Below, piece after piece: positions 28,429-36,907 of a stretch of DNA of 64,000 bases. Below the pieces are notes generated by a model. It did not search any database, was not told where the DNA came from, and saw only the letters and a list, made by a program, of their open reading frames with translations. Each line of letters opens with the position of its first letter. Position 1 is the first letter of the stretch. The translations under genes and the position numbers were made by a program. This DNA comes from a virus, in the IMG/VR virus record IMGVR_UViG_3300036781_000418, positions 219,296 to 283,295 of that record. The stretch is one strand, 5' to 3'.

Positions 28429-29323
28429 CGACGGCGAAGTTGGCGGGAAGCAGGGCGTCACCAAGCCCCACAAGCAGCGCTACGACCAGAAGTCCTTCAA
28501 CGAGAACCTCAACCCACTGTTGGGGTACCTCCACCGCAGCGTGGGTCGGCCTTGGGACAAGGTCTACTCCGAGATCTGCGAGGCCTTTGACACACGCAAG
28601 GTCATCAACCGCCACATCCTCGTGCACCTCGCCGACTTCGTCATCCTTGACGCGGTGATGAGGGACGGGGTCGTGTCCAAGCTTGACACGGGCTACACTG
28701 GCAAGCGTGAGAAGGACTACGAAGCGCGGTGGCGGCCGCTGTCTGAATGGACCGAGTCGCAGTCCTACCCGCTCTACTACAAGCACCCCATCGACGGCCT
28801 GTTGAAGATCCAAAAGGGTCCGTCGTACCGTCAAGTTCGGAAGCAGCGCGATCAAGCCCGTGAAGCTGAACATGCCAAGGTCTACCGTCGCATCGCGCCG
28901 TTGGTTGAGGCGATCAACCACAACGGCATTTGGTACCGCTGCGAGTGGGAGCCCTACCCAGAACCAACCGTCATCTACGTCTGCCCGCCGCTGAGAACTC
29001 CTGAGATGTACGGCGTCGCCTCTTGGAGCGACCTCTCTGACGAAACCAAGCGCAAGCACGGCCAAGCGGTGAACCGCTACGACTACAAGCCTGGCCACAT
29101 CCCTGGTTACGAGCTGTGCAAGGTGATCGAGAACATCAGCCGAGTCGAACGTTTCTCAAAGGAAGTGCTTGGTTCAACCGTGCGGCGCGGCGCCGACGGT
29201 AACAAGCCCAAGCTGGCAAAGTTCTACCTGCGTGACGTCACCCAGTGTTCACACAACCAGCTGCGTGACTACGGCCTGGTGAACACCCACGTCGCCAAAC
29301 AGCGCTCGCGCCGCGGTCGCTAA
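28328..29323 (+). CDS. hypothetical protein; start uncertain, overlaps HNH 3' end by ~100 nt
   Basis: ORF track. Confidence 0.45.
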   Translation: MRQDMNKLLTERERQHSHAKYRAIRHTKYNSLLNDGEVGGKQGVTKPHKQRYDQKSFNENLNPLLGYLHRSVGRPWDKVYSEICEAFDTRKVINRHILVHLADFVILDAVMRDGVVSKLDTGYTGKREKDYEARWRPLSEWTESQSYPLYYKHPIDGLLKIQKGPSYRQVRKQRDQAREAEHAKVYRRIAPLVEAINHNGIWYRCEWEPYPEPTVIYVCPPLRTPEMYGVASWSDLSDETKRKHGQAVNRYDYKPGHIPGYELCKVIENISRVERFSKEVLGSTVRRGADGNKPKLAKFYLRDVTQCSHNQLRDYGLVNTHVAKQRSRRGR

Positions 29324-29404
29324 ATACACCGTGCCACCCTGGCACGTCTAAACGGAGTCTTAATTTGGGCTCTTACTCCGTGAGCCGTTTCAATAGGAGA
29401 TACC

Positions 29405-30232
29405 ATGATGTATCAACAAAAGCTTGTCGTTTCCGTGAAGGCGAATGGCAAGGTCCTGCGGGAGCAGGGCGACAACGTCTTCGTGCCGTTCGGTTCGGAG
29501 TACAGCCTCTTCATCAAGAACTTGAACACCGTGCGCGCGTCGGTTAGCATCAGCATCGACGGCGAAGACGCCACCAGCGGCTACTCACTGATCGTCGGTC
29601 CCAACGAGTCGTTGGAGGTTGAGCGCTTCATCAAGGACGGCAACCTTCAGGCTGGCCAGCGCTTCAAGTTCATCGAGCGCACGAACAAGGTTGAGCAGCA
29701 CCGCGGTGTCGGCTCCGAGGATGGTCTGATCCGTGTGGAGTACCAGTTCGAAAAGCCGTACGTTCCGCCAGCCTACACGATCACCAGCACCTACTTCAAC
29801 AACCCACCACCAACGTACTACACGTGCGCTCGTGGGCGAATCGGCAGTGTGCAACCTAGTGCACAGGACTATGTAAAGGACTATTCAAAGGGTCTCGACA
29901 ACGTCTTCCTGAACAGCACGTTCTGCAGCACTACCGGCGCCGCGACGTTCGACAGCGGTGAGGTCGCTCAAGCGCAGAATGTGGCCTTGAACGACGTGGG
30001 TATCACGGTCGGCGGCTCGGTCTCGCAGCAGCTGTTTCACCAGGTGCTCGACTTCCAGAAGGAGGCGGCGAAGCACGTGATCGTCATGCACATGCGTGGT
30101 CAGGTTGGTGAGACGGTGATCAAGACTCCAGTCACCGTGAAGCACAAGGTTGAATGCCCAACCTGCGGAACTAAGAACAAGTCGTTCACGAAGTTCTGCG
30201 GCGAGTGCGGCACAGGTTTGTCAATGGTGTGA
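29405..30232 (+). CDS. hypothetical protein with C-terminal zinc ribbon
   Basis: CPTCGTKNKSFTKFCGECG. Confidence 0.55.
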   Translation: MMYQQKLVVSVKANGKVLREQGDNVFVPFGSEYSLFIKNLNTVRASVSISIDGEDATSGYSLIVGPNESLEVERFIKDGNLQAGQRFKFIERTNKVEQHRGVGSEDGLIRVEYQFEKPYVPPAYTITSTYFNNPPPTYYTCARGRIGSVQPSAQDYVKDYSKGLDNVFLNSTFCSTTGAATFDSGEVAQAQNVALNDVGITVGGSVSQQLFHQVLDFQKEAAKHVIVMHMRGQVGETVIKTPVTVKHKVECPTCGTKNKSFTKFCGECGTGLSMV

Positions 30233-30280
30233 CCCAACTCTAGTTGATCCCCTCGCTCGTGGTGTCGTTAAAATGGCACC

Positions 30281-30694
30281 ATGAAGATCTACCTCAACCG
30301 CAAGTTCACTGAGAACCTCAACACGTTCGGCAACGGTATCCTCATGGGGATCGTCGAGTCGCCGACGATCCTGTGGGCCATCGTTCGATGGCCCTTTCGG
30401 CTTGTCAAGAACATCTGCCTTACCATCTTCGAGTACGGTGGCGCTGAGGTTGGGTTGACGGTGCTCTTGATTGGAACAATTGTTGGGATTATAACCATCC
30501 TCATTGGTGTCCTCACCATGGCAACAAACGGGGCTGACGCCACGCCATCAGAGATCCGCGAGGCTCGAGCGGTCAGCGCCTGCACCGACCAGGCTATCAA
30601 GGACGCTGGCGTCAAGAACGGTGACGTTCCACTGATCCACCTGCAGGTTAAGAACATCGTCAAGGTCTGCGCGACGAAGGAGGCCCTCAAGTGA
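30281..30694 (+). CDS. membrane protein, paralog A of a tandem triplet
   Basis: TM segments plus conserved C-terminal Cys pair and ...ALK end. Confidence 0.5.
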   Translation: MKIYLNRKFTENLNTFGNGILMGIVESPTILWAIVRWPFRLVKNICLTIFEYGGAEVGLTVLLIGTIVGIITILIGVLTMATNGADATPSEIREARAVSACTDQAIKDAGVKNGDVPLIHLQVKNIVKVCATKEALK

Positions 30695-31116
30695 GCTTTA
30701 ACCCAACCTACCACCTGTGGCGGCGACGAGTAACCTCCGTCAAGTCCATCGTCTACGACCTCCTCCTGTTGGTCTGCTGGCCGATCCTGCTGCCGTACCG
30801 CGCAATGCGCTGGTTCTTTCGCCAAGATGGTGCTGACATCTTCGGTATACTCTTCTTAGGGTTCATTGGTAGCGTGATCACACTGTTCATCGGCGCGCTG
30901 GTCATGGAGGGAATCAGCGGGCGACCAGCTACACGCGAAGAGATTCAGGAGACGCGTGGAATCAGCTACTGCACGGCCAAGTACGTCAAGGACATGGCCA
31001 CCTCGAACAAGGACGTTCCAGTCACACTCAAGCAGCTGCACACGGCCAAGCGTGAATGCGCCGAGATGTACGAGCGGCTGGCCGCTCAAAAGGAACAAGC
31101 GGAGGCCCTCAAATGA
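30691..31116 (+). CDS. membrane protein, paralog B (GTG start)
   Basis: same architecture; overlapping stop/start. Confidence 0.5.
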   Translation: MSFNPTYHLWRRRVTSVKSIVYDLLLLVCWPILLPYRAMRWFFRQDGADIFGILFLGFIGSVITLFIGALVMEGISGRPATREEIQETRGISYCTAKYVKDMATSNKDVPVTLKQLHTAKRECAEMYERLAAQKEQAEALK

Positions 31117-31520
31117 GCGCACTAGCAAGCTTTCGGATGTGGAAGCGTCGGGCCGATGACGTCGCCGGCCTCCTGCTCTTCTTGGGTTTCACGGTCATAA
31201 AGTGGCCGCTCAAGGCGCTTGGCTTCTGCTGGGACTTGGTGTGCTACATGTTCGACAGTGCGTTCATTGTCGTGCTGCTACCGATGTCGGTGATTGGGCT
31301 GCTGTTCCTTGGCAACATGGTAGACAGCCACAACAACCAGCCAGTCTCGCCTGAGGTGCTCGCTGCCGAACGGGCTGGTTCCACCTGCATGGCCACCAAC
31401 CTGCGCGAGCAGCTGGCAGCCAACAAGAACAAACCCATTACCAAGCGACAACTCAACACGGTCCGAGAGACCTGCCAGCCCATCATCGACAGCGAGCGCC
31501 AGGCCGCCGCCCTCAAGTAA
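31113..31520 (+). CDS. membrane protein, paralog C
   Basis: ATGA overlap; ends ...AAALK. Confidence 0.5.
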   Translation: MSALASFRMWKRRADDVAGLLLFLGFTVIKWPLKALGFCWDLVCYMFDSAFIVVLLPMSVIGLLFLGNMVDSHNNQPVSPEVLAAERAGSTCMATNLREQLAANKNKPITKRQLNTVRETCQPIIDSERQAAALK

Positions 31521-31541
31521 TTCAACCACCACAGGACCCAC

Positions 31542-31766
31542 ATGTACCTGCACACGATCGACGAACCCCGCTCCAAGGCCTTCTTCCGCGGTCGCCTGAC
31601 CAAGGTGGAGGAGATCCAGATTCGTGCCGCCTCGGAGGCCGGGTTGGAGAGCATGATCGACACCCACTTCTCGGCGGACCGCATCACCATCGAGACCCTC
31701 AAGGAGGTCAAGGCCGACCTCCACGCCGAACTCGCCGCCTTCACCCAGACCAACTGGTGGAAGTGA
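31542..31766 (+). CDS. hypothetical protein (74 aa)
   Basis: ORF track. Confidence 0.45.
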   Translation: MYLHTIDEPRSKAFFRGRLTKVEEIQIRAASEAGLESMIDTHFSADRITIETLKEVKADLHAELAAFTQTNWWK

Positions 31767-32650
31767 TGTCCGAGGACTCAATCCCATTGGAGTTTAGCAA
31801 AATGTCAACTGAACAAAAATCATCCGCCGTCATCGTGATCATCGGCGTCGTGGCGGTCCTTGGGGCCGTCGCCACCTTCCTCGTCTGGCTCTTGCTCATG
31901 ACCACCCTTACGGTGGAACCGGGCCATGAGCAGGTCATCGTGGACAAACCCTACTTCTTCGGCCATGAGGGCGTCCGCACTGAACCGCTGAAGGACGGCC
32001 GCATCACGGTGTGGCGCACCACCACGTCCTACGACGTGAACATGACGCCACAGTCCACCCACGTCGTCTTCGATGACTTCAGCTCGCACGACAACATCCT
32101 GTTGGACTTCGAGACGACGATCCAGTTCCGCTACACGAACTCAGTGACGCTCATCTCCAAGTTCGGCGAGGAGTGGTTCGCGAACAACGTGGGTCGTCAG
32201 TACGGCGCCATCGTCCGAGAAGCCGTGAAACGCCGCACGATGTCGGACATGATGTCGGACGTCGACACCGCCACGCAGTTGGACGCTGAGGTCACGCTCG
32301 CCTTGGAGAAGCACGTCAAGGACAACGGCCTGCCCGTTCAAATCCTCGGCGTCTCCCTTGGCCGTGCCAAGCCGAACCCCAACGTCCTGGCGCAGATGAA
32401 CGAGACGGCGGCCCAGCAGCAACGCCAGAAGACCTTGGTCGCCGCGACGGCCGCTGAAGGTCAACGTGAGCTGGAGCAGGTGGCCAAGGCGAAGGCGGAC
32501 AACGCGTACCGCAACGCCATGAACTTGACCCCTGAGATGTTCATCCAGCTCGAGAAGATCAAGCGCTACTCGGACGCTTGCCAGAAACCCGGCAACGTGT
32601 GCGTGGTGGACGCGACGGGCAACACCAACGTGAACGTCGGCGTGAAGTAA
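31757..32650 (+). CDS. SPFH/band-7 (HflK/C-prohibitin-like) membrane protein
   Basis: N-terminal TM then TVEPGHEQVIVDKPYFFG and coiled-coil QQQRQKTLVAATAAEGQRELEQ. Confidence 0.6.
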   Translation: MEVMSEDSIPLEFSKMSTEQKSSAVIVIIGVVAVLGAVATFLVWLLLMTTLTVEPGHEQVIVDKPYFFGHEGVRTEPLKDGRITVWRTTTSYDVNMTPQSTHVVFDDFSSHDNILLDFETTIQFRYTNSVTLISKFGEEWFANNVGRQYGAIVREAVKRRTMSDMMSDVDTATQLDAEVTLALEKHVKDNGLPVQILGVSLGRAKPNPNVLAQMNETAAQQQRQKTLVAATAAEGQRELEQVAKAKADNAYRNAMNLTPEMFIQLEKIKRYSDACQKPGNVCVVDATGNTNVNVGVK

Positions 32651-32737
32651 ATAGAGCAGCCTAGGTCCCACACGTCAAAAGCACGTCACGACCTAGGTGT
32701 TACTATTTTGCATTCAACTTTCACTTTTGGAGAACCC

Positions 32738-33568
32738 ATGATCAAATCTATCCACACCCTCAAGAACCTCCTCGTGTCCCGCACGATTGAAGTCCGAACC
32801 AAGGCTCGCGTCGCCAAGATCGCCGCCATTCAAGTCGAGCTCCCTCACCTGCTCATCGACATCTCCTCCGCCAAAGCCTCTCCGTACGACACGTCTAAGG
32901 TTGCCGCCGACATGCTCGAGCTGGCCCTTGACCTGCTGCTGACGAACACGGCCTACGACCTCGATGTGATGGTGTCCAACCTTACGACCAAGCTGTCCGC
33001 CACGCTACCGAACATCGTGCCCAACGCGGCCGCGGCCGCCGTCGACATCAAGGATATCCTGAAATCTAGCGGTGCCGGTGCCACGGCCAAGGCCAAGCTT
33101 ATCGCGGACCTTGCGCAGAAGAAGATCGACGCCGCAATGACCGCCTGGCCGTTCGCCAAGCCCACCGTACCAGCTGACACGGTGGACACAACTCGGGCCG
33201 CGAAGAACGCCATGAAGGACGCCATCTTCAACGGCCTTCGGACCAACAGCTCCACCCCGGTTGCACCAACGCTGTCGACGGTGAAGGGCGTACCACCGCG
33301 CAAGGTGAACGGCAAGCCGGCCGTTTGGGCCAACGTCCGCAAAGGCGCTGGTATCACGACTGGCAAGCGTCGCATTACAGGAATGGCAACTGACTACAGT
33401 GGCTTCACGCAGGTGGGCATCGGCAAGGACGCCGCGTGCGGCTGGAAGGTGAAGACCGGCGTGACGGAAGCTCCGTTCCTGACCTTCATCATCGGTAGCG
33501 AGAACGGCGTCAAGGTCTCCTTCGACGAAGCACTCACCTACTGGAACCTCTCGCTCAACGCGAAGTAA
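32738..33568 (+). CDS. hypothetical protein (276 aa)
   Basis: start at MIKSIH; TAAATAG box upstream. Confidence 0.5.
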   Translation: MIKSIHTLKNLLVSRTIEVRTKARVAKIAAIQVELPHLLIDISSAKASPYDTSKVAADMLELALDLLLTNTAYDLDVMVSNLTTKLSATLPNIVPNAAAAAVDIKDILKSSGAGATAKAKLIADLAQKKIDAAMTAWPFAKPTVPADTVDTTRAAKNAMKDAIFNGLRTNSSTPVAPTLSTVKGVPPRKVNGKPAVWANVRKGAGITTGKRRITGMATDYSGFTQVGIGKDAACGWKVKTGVTEAPFLTFIIGSENGVKVSFDEALTYWNLSLNAK

Positions 33569-33590
33569 GCGTCTTTCGGCCGGGTTACGT

Positions 33591-33617
33591 AAATAGGGAC
33601 TGACTAAGTCCCTATTT
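33591..33617 (+). promoter_or_regulatory. conserved hairpin AAATAGGGAC-loop-GTCCCTATTT containing the TAAATAG box, 4 nt before ATG
   Basis: 10-bp stem; paralog of the 20408-20434 element. Confidence 0.5.
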
Positions 33618-33621
33618 TGGT

Positions 33622-33834
33622 ATGCGCAAGACCACTGAACTCGACGAAGACATTACCTCCGGCATCTCACCTTCGAAGCCAGCTTACCCAACGGGGCGCT
33701 TTGACCCTGAAGCCTGGCGGAACGGCAAGGGCCCTAAGAAGGACGACGCTGAGGAAGACAAGGGCAAGACCAAGAAGGTCTTGCCGAAGCGCCGCTCCTT
33801 TAGGGCCTACGTTGACGAGCAAAAGCGCTCGTAA
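33622..33834 (+). CDS. basic hypothetical protein (70 aa)
   Basis: ORF track. Confidence 0.45.
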   Translation: MRKTTELDEDITSGISPSKPAYPTGRFDPEAWRNGKGPKKDDAEEDKGKTKKVLPKRRSFRAYVDEQKRS

Positions 33835-34346
33835 ATCTAGATCAACGCTAAATAGACTACGTGCTTCCCAGTCCTGAATAAGGTTAGCACACCTTCGATA
33901 GTTGAGCTACAATACACCTATCGACGCTGCAACAACATTGGCAATCAAATGAACTTCACTCGCTCCATCAACAAACACAATCGATTCTGGCAACGCCAGG
34001 ATACGACCATGTTTGTGCGCGAGCAGAAGCATGAGATTGATAATAGCACCTCCCCAGGACGGAGGATCAGTACCGAGTAAGATACTCGAACTGTTCGAAT
34101 CTAAACCTGGGGAGCTATGAAAGTAGCTCCCCAGGTCCGTTTTAAGACCGCCTTTGCTTCATTTGGCGGGATATAAATCAAAGACTGCTAAGAAACGACC
34201 GAGTACTCTTCAGGTCGCCGAGCACGGAAAGGGAATGTTGGTAATGAGATCTTGCGTGTGCAAGATCTCATTCTTAGTCACACACGGTGTCGTGCCTAGT
34301 AGCAGGTCCTGCGTAGTAGGTTGTGAGTGTGACTAAGAATGAGAAT

Positions 34347-34421
34347 GGGAGTATGGCGTAGTCGGAAACGTACTTGGCTCTTACCCATGTGTCCACGGTT
34401 CGAATCCGTGTGCTCCCACCA
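34347..34421 (+). tRNA. tRNA-Lys (CTT)
   Basis: acceptor gggagta/tgctccc, loop CTCTTAC, T-loop TTCGAAT, CCA. Confidence 0.7.
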
Positions 34422-34429
34422 TCCAACAT

Positions 34430-34504
34430 GCCTCCGTCGTCTAGTGGCTAGGACATTGCACTTTCACTGCAAGAAAGACGGATCGAAACCGTTCGGAGGC
34501 ACCA
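34430..34504 (+). tRNA. tRNA-Glu (TTC)
   Basis: acceptor gcctccg/cggaggc, loop CTTTCAC, CCA. Confidence 0.75.
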
Positions 34505-34548
34505 ACACTAAGGACGATGAAAGTCGCCCTTCTAAGTAGAATGAGCGT

Positions 34549-34776
34549 ATGAAGCTTCCATCTACACACCAAATCGGCGACAACGTCAACTACACCCTCA
34601 AGCAAGAGGGACCTTGCCGCCTTATCGTACCAGCCATCGTACGACGTGTCATCTTTACTGAAAGCAAGGTGATTTACGACCTTACTACAAAAGATAACGT
34701 CGTTCAAGAAGTTGATTCAGTTTGGATCAGCTCAGCGGAGATGGAGCAAGACAGTTCCCCAGTAGCACAGTGGTAG
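34549..34776 (+). CDS. hypothetical protein (75 aa)
   Basis: ORF track; 3' end overlaps tRNA-Asn by ~20 nt. Confidence 0.4.
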   Translation: MKLPSTHQIGDNVNYTLKQEGPCRLIVPAIVRRVIFTESKVIYDLTTKDNVVQEVDSVWISSAEMEQDSSPVAQW

Positions 34777-34831
34777 TTGCGCCTGACTGTTAATCAGGAT
34801 GTCGGTGGTTCGAGCCCATCCTGGGGAGCCA
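34756..34831 (+). tRNA. tRNA-Asn (GTT)
   Basis: acceptor tccccag/ctgggga, loop CTGTTAA, CCA. Confidence 0.75.
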
Positions 34832-34842
34832 ACAAGATTTAT

Positions 34843-34918
34843 GGGTCCGTAGCTCAGTGGTAGAGCGTCTGCCTGAAGAGCAGAGCGTCGTCGGTTCGAA
34901 TCCGACCGTGACCCACCA
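34843..34918 (+). tRNA. tRNA-Phe (GAA)
   Basis: D-arm tagctcagtggtagagc, loop CTGAAGA, T-loop TTCGAAT, CCA; one bulge in acceptor. Confidence 0.65.
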
Positions 34919-34919
34919 T

Positions 34920-34995
34920 GTGTCTCAAGCCAATCAGGTGATGGCGTCGGTCTGAAGAACCGAACAGTCCGGTTCAATTCCGGAGGGACACACCA
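34920..34995 (+). tRNA. tRNA-Phe (GAA), second divergent copy
   Basis: acceptor gtgtctc/gggacac, loop CTGAAGA, T-loop TTCAATT, CCA. Confidence 0.65.
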
Positions 34996-35004
34996 ATCCA
35001 ACAT

Positions 35005-35078
35005 GGAGCGTTGATATATGGGTATTATGCTTGACTGTCTATCAGGCCAAACGGGTTCGAGTCCCGTACGCTCCGCCA
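35005..35078 (+). tRNA. tRNA-Asp (GTC)
   Basis: acceptor ggagcgt/acgctcc, loop CTGTCTA, CCA. Confidence 0.75.
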
Positions 35079-35087
35079 ACTTACAAT

Positions 35088-35179
35088 TCCCTTGTACTCT
35101 AATGGTAAGAGACCTGGCTGTTAACCAGACGTAGTCCGTCTAGAACGGTATGGAGGTTCGAGTCCTTCCGAGGGAGCCA
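35088..35179 (+). tRNA. class II (long-arm) tRNA with anticodon loop CTGTTAA (reads GTT; Tyr-like scaffold)
   Basis: 92 nt; acceptor tcccttg/cgaggga; variable-arm hairpin ccgt-ctaga-acgg; T-arm; CCA. Confidence 0.6.
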
Positions 35180-35183
35180 ACAT

Positions 35184-35258
35184 GGTGCTGAAGCTGAATG
35201 GTTACGCAGCGGTCTCATAAGCCGTGTGTCGTGGGTTCGATTCCCACCTGCACCACCA
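35184..35258 (+). tRNA. tRNA-Met/Ile (CAT)
   Basis: loop CTCATAA, T-arm gtggg-TTCGATT-cccac, CCA. Confidence 0.65.
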
Positions 35259-35369
35259 GCATTTTAGACGCGCAACATCCTTGAGAATAATGGGTTGCTC
35301 CACCAAGGTAGAGGCAGGGGTTGCATACAAAAGCGTTGAAGGAACGACCGATAGGCCTTCACCAACAGT

Positions 35370-35443
35370 TGGGGTGTAGTGTAATGGAAGCACAACAGGC
35401 TTTGACCCTGTTAGCGTGGGATCGATACCCGCCGCCCCTGCCA
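35370..35443 (+). tRNA. tRNA-Gln (TTG)
   Basis: stem acagg/cctgt, loop CTTTGAC, CCA. Confidence 0.7.
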
Positions 35444-35472
35444 GATAAATATGAGGATCAACGAAAGCATCA

Positions 35473-35931
35473 ATGAACCTCACAAAACTTACCCAACTCA
35501 ATGAGTCGACTGACGCTGACCTACTTTCCAAGCTGGACAATGTGTGTAAGCTCTCCATTCAGATGGAGTTGAAGCCGATTAAGTTCGCCAAGAACACCTC
35601 CAATGAGGACAAAGCCGAGGCCACAAAGCTCGCCATTGATCACTACAAGTCACGACTGGACAACTTTTGGTTTGATTCCAGGGCGCTTACGTCAGGCGTA
35701 AACGGCATCAAGGCCTACATGGAAGAATGCTCAAAGCATGGATTTAAGTACGACGCTGCGGCTTGTGAAAAGTTGATCGGAGAGATGACGCATGCGAAGT
35801 TAGTTGGCGACCTTGCTTCAACCATCACCACGCACATTGCCCTTGCCGCCCAAGGCCGTACGAACCGCACTTGGGATTCAGATCAGCAAACTGCGGCGAT
35901 CCTTCTGATGAAGGTCGTCGGTATCAAATAA
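35473..35931 (+). CDS. hypothetical acidic protein, member of the MK[LI]xx[LI]xE[ST] N-terminus family
   Basis: paralog of 38620-39063 (N- and C-termini align). Confidence 0.5.
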   Translation: MNLTKLTQLNESTDADLLSKLDNVCKLSIQMELKPIKFAKNTSNEDKAEATKLAIDHYKSRLDNFWFDSRALTSGVNGIKAYMEECSKHGFKYDAAACEKLIGEMTHAKLVGDLASTITTHIALAAQGRTNRTWDSDQQTAAILLMKVVGIK

Positions 35932-35936
35932 ACAAA

Positions 35937-36007
35937 CTCACCGCCAAAGGAATGGTCCGAACGCTACGAACGTTTGGCAGGAGGTTCGAGTCCTCTCGGT
36001 GGGTCCA
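35937..36007 (+). tRNA. tRNA-Arg (ACG)-like with reduced D-arm
   Basis: acceptor ctcaccg/cggtggg, anticodon stem gaacg/cgttt with loop CTACGAA, T-arm, CCA; only 71 nt. Confidence 0.45.
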
Positions 36008-36015
36008 CCAACAAT

Positions 36016-36090
36016 GGCGTTCGTAGTGTAATGGTAGCACCAGAGACTGTGAATCTTTTAGTGCGGGTTCGAACCCCGTCGATCGCCCCA
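36016..36090 (+). tRNA. tRNA-His (GTG) with encoded G-1
   Basis: extra 5' G pairing with discriminator C, loop CTGTGAA, CCA. Confidence 0.8.
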
Positions 36091-36096
36091 ATTAAC

Positions 36097-36170
36097 GCGT
36101 TCGTGGTGTAATGACTGCATAACCGGCCGAAAGCTGGCAGGGCCTGGGTAGAGACCAGGCGAACGCACCA
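36097..36170 (+). tRNA. tRNA-like element / degenerate tRNA-His duplicate
   Basis: identical acceptor gcgttcg/cgaacgc and CCA, similar D-arm; anticodon and T regions replaced by non-canonical hairpins. Confidence 0.35.
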
Positions 36171-36242
36171 AAATTGACAACCGCTTTGGTTGACGGTTAT
36201 CTCATTTCCAGAATCCCCCGTCACCTGTTCTTTGTTGTCTAT

Positions 36243-36317
36243 GGCTGCCTAGCTCAGTGGTAGAGCAATGTCTTGATAAGGCATAGGTCGTTGGTCCGAT
36301 TCCAACGGTAGCCACCA
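36243..36317 (+). tRNA. tRNA-Ile (GAT)
   Basis: D-arm tagctcagtggtagagc, loop TTGATAA, T-loop TCCGATT, CCA. Confidence 0.75.
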
Positions 36318-36321
36318 AATT

Positions 36322-36395
36322 GCCTCTGTAATTCAATGGCAGAATACCGTGCTGATAACGCGGCTACGCAGGTTCGATTCCTGACGGAGGCACCA
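36322..36395 (+). tRNA. tRNA with GAT anticodon (second Ile-like, divergent)
   Basis: acceptor gcctctg/cggaggc, stem ccgtg/cgcgg, loop CTGATAA, CCA. Confidence 0.65.
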
Positions 36396-36406
36396 GCTAA
36401 ATAGTC

Positions 36407-36676
36407 ATGTACTCAATGGAGATCTACATGGCTGATACGACCACAACCCCTGCAACTGACCTTTCCACCGCGGTTGACTCCGCCGCCGTTCAGGCGATCG
36501 TGGACAAGAAGTTCTGGCAGTCGAAGACTTTTTGGGCCAACGTCATTCTCGCTGGAGCGATCCTCTTGCAGATGAAGACAGGCTTCTTGATCAGCCCAGA
36601 CCTACAAGGTCTCGCGATCACTGGTATCAACCTCGTGCTGCGTAAGTTCACGAGCGGAGCCGTCACGCTCTGGTAA
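36407..36676 (+). CDS. small membrane protein (89 aa)
   Basis: ORF track; TAAATAG box 13 nt upstream. Confidence 0.45.
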   Translation: MYSMEIYMADTTTTPATDLSTAVDSAAVQAIVDKKFWQSKTFWANVILAGAILLQMKTGFLISPDLQGLAITGINLVLRKFTSGAVTLW

Positions 36677-36684
36677 CAAACTGA

Positions 36685-36758
36685 TGGGACGTGGTGTAGT
36701 GGTAACATGTGGGGATCTGACCCCCTCGCCCTAGGTTCGATTCCTAGCGTCCTTGCCA
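36685..36758 (+). tRNA. tRNA-Gln (CTG)
   Basis: stem gggg/cccc, loop ATCTGAC, T-arm ctagg-TTCGATT-cctag, CCA. Confidence 0.65.
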
Positions 36759-36834
36759 AACAATGGGACCAATTCGGTCACTTGATTTTCGTTCCTTAAG
36801 AACCGTAAGTCATCGTTATCGTCCCGCCAACAAT

Positions 36835-36907
36835 GGAGCCTAAGCCTGATTGGTGAGGGTGCAGTATGATTGCTGTTAAGATGGAGTTCGAATCTCTATG
36901 GGCTCCC
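36835..36907 (+). tRNA. tRNA-like gene with irregular (6- or 8-nt) anticodon loop, no encoded CCA
   Basis: acceptor ggagcct/gggctcc, T-loop TTCGAAT; anticodon region gcagtatgattgctgt cannot form a 5-bp stem with a 7-nt loop. Confidence 0.4.
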
